Below are positions 29,346 through 32,000 of a DNA stretch of 32,000 nt, in pieces (within the stretch, counting starts at the first letter, position 1; the number at the start of each line of letters is the position of its first letter). The notes beneath the pieces are model-generated. The model had not been told where the DNA came from, did no database searches, and saw only the letters and a program-made list of their open reading frames with translations. The DNA comes from Candidatus Arthromitus sp. SFB-rat-Yit (lineage in GTDB: Bacteria > Bacillota > Clostridia > Clostridiales > Clostridiaceae): assembly GCF_000283555.1 (NCBI RefSeq), contig NC_016012.1, positions 690,001 through 722,000 of the forward strand. Reading direction: 5' to 3'. A program made the position numbers and the translations under genes.

Positions 29346-31667
29346 ATGAGCAAAATATCTAACGTAGACAAAAAAAATGTAGACAAAAAGAAAGAAATCA
29401 CAGGAGTTGTATTAATTTTAATTGCATTATTGTTGATAATAAGTTTCTATAGTAATACAGATGCGTTTTTACTTGTTTTTATTAGAAATTTAGTCAATAA
29501 TGGCATTGGTGTTGGAGGATATGTATTACCAATTCTAATTGGATTTATTGGTATTGGGTACATTACAAAAAAGAAAATCAAAGACTTCAACAAAAAGTTT
29601 TATGCACTTGTTATTTCTCTGGTAACACTTTATCTTATCATAAGTTTAATAACTTTAGACAAGTTTAATAGCAGAACATATCTTTCTACACTTCAAGCTG
29701 TTATGTCAAGTACTTCTACTTTTCATGGTGGAGTATTGGGTGTTAGCATAATGCGTTTATTTAAATCATTTATTGGTTTTGCGGGCAGCTTAGCTTTATT
29801 AATTACGGTTCTTATTATCAGCATTATAGTTATATTTGATAAATCTTTATATGATATAGGACAAATTGTCAAAAAAAAAATAAGTGATATTTCCAATAAA
29901 AGGAATACTGACAAAAATGTATTTGAGAATAATAACTCAAAAGAATCGAAGAAAATAAATGATAATGAGATGCATATAAGTAAAAAGAAAAAGAGCAATG
30001 CATCCATAGTTAAGTTTTTATCTAAATCATTATCCCTTGAAGAACCTCAAGAAGTTTCAAGCATCGTTAAAGAAGAATCAGATGAAGAATCTTTAAGAGA
30101 AATTTGTGAAGAACCTCTTTATGAAGAAGATAAAGATATTCCAATTTATGAAGAAGATAAAGATATTCCAAAAAATAATGACAATAATAATGAACAAATT
30201 ATATCTAACGATTTTAAAGAAAATAAAACTAACAATGAATACACTAGAATTAGTTATGACGATATTAATAATGCTTTAGAAGATATAGACACAGATGATT
30301 CCTATGAAGTTTCTGAAGAACTTAAAAGAAAAAAGGAATTGCTTCAAAAAACATTGGATGATTTCAAGGTGAAGGCTGAAATTAAAAATGTACAAAAAGG
30401 ACCAGCAGTAACTAGATATGAAATAGAGCCACATAAAGGTGTGAAAGTAAGCAAGATATTAAATTTATCAGATGATATAGCACTAGCACTTGCTACTAGT
30501 GGAATAAGAATTGAAGCTCCAATCCCTGGGAAATCACTTGTTGGAATCGAGGTTCCAAATGATGTGGTTTCTATGATAAAATTTAAGGAGATTATAAATT
30601 CTGAAGAATTTAATTCTTCTAAACTTAAAATTGGTATTGGACTTGGTAAAGACATAAGTGGCAAAAGTATTGTTGCAGATCTTGCTACTATGCCACACTT
30701 GTTAATTGCTGGAGCTACTGGTTCGGGTAAATCAGTTTGCATAAATACAATTTTAATAAGTATATTGTGCGAATATCTTCCAGATCAAGTTAAAATTATA
30801 CTTATTGACCCTAAGGTTGTTGAACTTAATGTTTATAATGGAATTCCTCATCTTTTGATACCAGTTGTGACAGATCCTAAAAAAGCATCTCATGCGTTAA
30901 ATTGGGCAATAACTGAGATGACAAGCAGATATAATAAATTTGCTGAAAAAGGAGTTAGGAATATAGATAGTTACAATGAGTTGTATAACACAGGAGAAAT
31001 TGATGAGAAAATACCGTACATAGTTATTGTAATTGATGAGCTTGCTGACCTTATGATGGTTTGTCATAATGAGGTTGAAGATGCTATAGCAAGACTTGCA
31101 CAAATGGCTCGTGCTGCAGGAATGCATTTAGTAATAGCGACACAAAGACCTTCTGTTGACGTTATAACTGGAGTTATTAAAGCGAATATACCATCTAGAA
31201 TATCTTTTTCCGTTTCTAGTTCTGTAGATTCACGCACGATTTTGGATCAATCTGGAGCTGAAAAGTTATTGGGTCGTGGAGATATGTTATTTTATCCTAT
31301 GGGATACTTGAAACCTCAACGTGTACAAGGTGCATTTATTTCGGAATCTGAGGTTGAAAAATTTGTAGATAGTATAAAGAAAAATTACAAATCAAAAGTT
31401 GAATATAATGAAGAAATTATTGAACATATAAATAATGCTACTTCAAAAGTTGAGGTTGGAAATTTTAAAGGGGATGAGTTATTAGAAGAAGCTATAAAAA
31501 TAGTTGTACAATCTAATATTACAACTACTTCATTTCTTCAAAGGAGACTTAAGATTGGATATAATAGAGCGGCAAATTTAATAGAAGAAATTGAAGCTAG
31601 AGGCATTATTGGAATAGGTCCGTCTGGTAAAAAAGAGGTTTTAGTAAAAGAGGAAGATTTATTTTAA
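29346..31667 (+). CDS. ftsK: DNA translocase FtsK/SpoIIIE
   Basis: N-terminal TM helices and a low-complexity acidic linker. The motor has Walker A GATGSGKS and Walker [14 protein letters not shown], and there is a C-terminal gamma winged-helix ([23 protein letters not shown]). ATG 29346 is preferred over TTG 29337, which is only 2 nt from the SD. Confidence 0.95.
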   Translation: MSKISNVDKKNVDKKKEITGVVLILIALLLIISFYSNTDAFLLVFIRNLVNNGIGVGGYVLPILIGFIGIGYITKKKIKDFNKKFYALVISLVTLYLIISLITLDKFNSRTYLSTLQAVMSSTSTFHGGVLGVSIMRLFKSFIGFAGSLALLITVLIISIIVIFDKSLYDIGQIVKKKISDISNKRNTDKNVFENNNSKESKKINDNEMHISKKKKSNASIVKFLSKSLSLEEPQEVSSIVKEESDEESLREICEEPLYEEDKDIPIYEEDKDIPKNNDNNNEQIISNDFKENKTNNEYTRISYDDINNALEDIDTDDSYEVSEELKRKKELLQKTLDDFKVKAEIKNVQKGPAVTRYEIEPHKGVKVSKILNLSDDIALALATSGIRIEAPIPGKSLVGIEVPNDVVSMIKFKEIINSEEFNSSKLKIGIGLGKDISGKSIVADLATMPHLLIAGATGSGKSVCINTILISILCEYLPDQVKIILIDPKVVELNVYNGIPHLLIPVVTDPKKASHALNWAITEMTSRYNKFAEKGVRNIDSYNELYNTGEIDEKIPYIVIVIDELADLMMVCHNEVEDAIARLAQMARAAGMHLVIATQRPSVDVITGVIKANIPSRISFSVSSSVDSRTILDQSGAEKLLGRGDMLFYPMGYLKPQRVQGAFISESEVEKFVDSIKKNYKSKVEYNEEIIEHINNATSKVEVGNFKGDELLEEAIKIVVQSNITTTSFLQRRLKIGYNRAANLIEEIEARGIIGIGPSGKKEVLVKEEDLF
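30117..30170 (+). repeat. in-frame 27-bp tandem duplication inside the ftsK linker (26/27 identical)
   Basis: cTTTATGAAGAAGATAAAGATATTCCA (30117-30143) is followed directly by aTTTATGAAGAAGATAAAGATATTCCA (30144-30170). These encode LYEEDKDIP and IYEEDKDIP. Confidence 0.95.
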
Positions 31668-31695
31668 ATTATTTTTTGTGAGTGAGGAAACAAAA

Positions 31696-32000
31696 GTGAA
31701 AAAATTAAAATTAGGTGTTATAAGTCTTGGATGCGATAAAAATACGATCGACACAGAAATGTTTTTAGGAAGTTTGGTTGATAAATTTGAAATTACATTA
31801 AATGAGGAAGATGCAGATATTTTAATAATAAATACTTGTTCGTTTATTGAATCTGCAAAACAGGAATCTATTGATACCATACTTGATATTAGCAAGTATA
31901 AATCTAAAAATTTGAAGGTTCTTGTGGTTACTGGATGTTTATCAAAAAGATATGGAAAAGAACTTTTTGAAGATATTCCAGAGATAGATATACTCCTCGG
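31696..32000 (+). CDS. rimO: ribosomal protein S12 methylthiotransferase RimO (MiaB-family radical SAM), 5' part; continues beyond the window
   Basis: Not in the ORF track because it runs off the window. GTG 31696 (GAGG 8 nt upstream) opens a frame reading [63 protein letters not shown]...[26 protein letters not shown]. This matches the RimO N-terminal (UPF0004) domain pattern SLGCxKNxxDxE / NTCxFI / GC. Confidence 0.85.
   Translation, partial: MKKLKLGVISLGCDKNTIDTEMFLGSLVDKFEITLNEEDADILIINTCSFIESAKQESIDTILDISKYKSKNLKVLVVTGCLSKRYGKELFEDIPEIDILL

Noticed and set aside
30344-30742. 132-aa minus-strand ORF antisense to the ftsK motor domain. Similar antisense ORFs occur at 1513-1722, 3829-4026, 5325-6031, 6220-6525, 7857-8054, 8372-8629, 9936-10175, 11340-11673, 13243-13431, 16070-16285, 18030-18669, 19587-20041, 22116-22370, 23719-23985, 26153-26353, 27994-28305, 28970-29203, 29723-30007 and 30897-31127.
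   Set aside because: All lie fully inside strongly supported plus-strand genes. They have no SD-like sequence that I could see, and they translate to low-complexity, Ser/Ile/Phe-rich sequences typical of the antisense frame of real genes.
31659-31895. 78-aa minus-strand ORF downstream of ftsK.
   Set aside because: The plus strand here encodes a clear RimO N-terminus ([19 protein letters not shown]) starting at GTG 31696. The minus-strand ORF is its antisense shadow.

Overview
The window is a dense, almost entirely plus-strand block of core housekeeping genes from a very AT-rich, low-GC Firmicute. It looks Clostridia/Tissierellia-like by gene order and by its anaerobe-type genes ispG and hcp, but the taxon is an inference. 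GC was judged by eye, not computed. Gene order is (yifB/comM-like 3' end)-dprA-topA-rpsB-tsf-pyrH-frr-uppS-cdsA-rseP-ispG-polC-[Crp/Fnr regulator, minus strand]-[hcp, frameshifted]-rimP-nusA-ylxR-infB-rbfA-nrnA-truB-ribF-rpsO-pnp-ymxH-aspartate kinase-tepA-ftsK-rimO (5' end). All intergenic spacers are under about 155 bp. I saw no tRNA/rRNA genes, CRISPR arrays, IS elements or transposases, integrases, toxin-antitoxin pairs or defence-island-like content. I therefore do not find a novel multi-gene system here, and there is little non-coding space in which one could hide. The only accessory-looking piece is a divergent Crp/Fnr-regulator plus hybrid-cluster-protein (hcp) module wedged between polC and the rimP-nusA-infB operon. 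Its hcp gene is split by a frameshift exactly at a T7 (U UUU UUU) tract. Other observations are regulatory or structural: a candidate class-II-positioned inverted repeat in the hcp control region, and a strong promoter plus GC-rich leader hairpin ahead of rimP-nusA that may be a NusA-type attenuator. There are also ribosomal-protein and pnp leader hairpins, and in-frame tandem duplications in the ftsK linker. Several ORF-track starts were trimmed to downstream starts with better Shine-Dalgarno context. All product calls rest on motifs I recognise in the translations; no database search was run.
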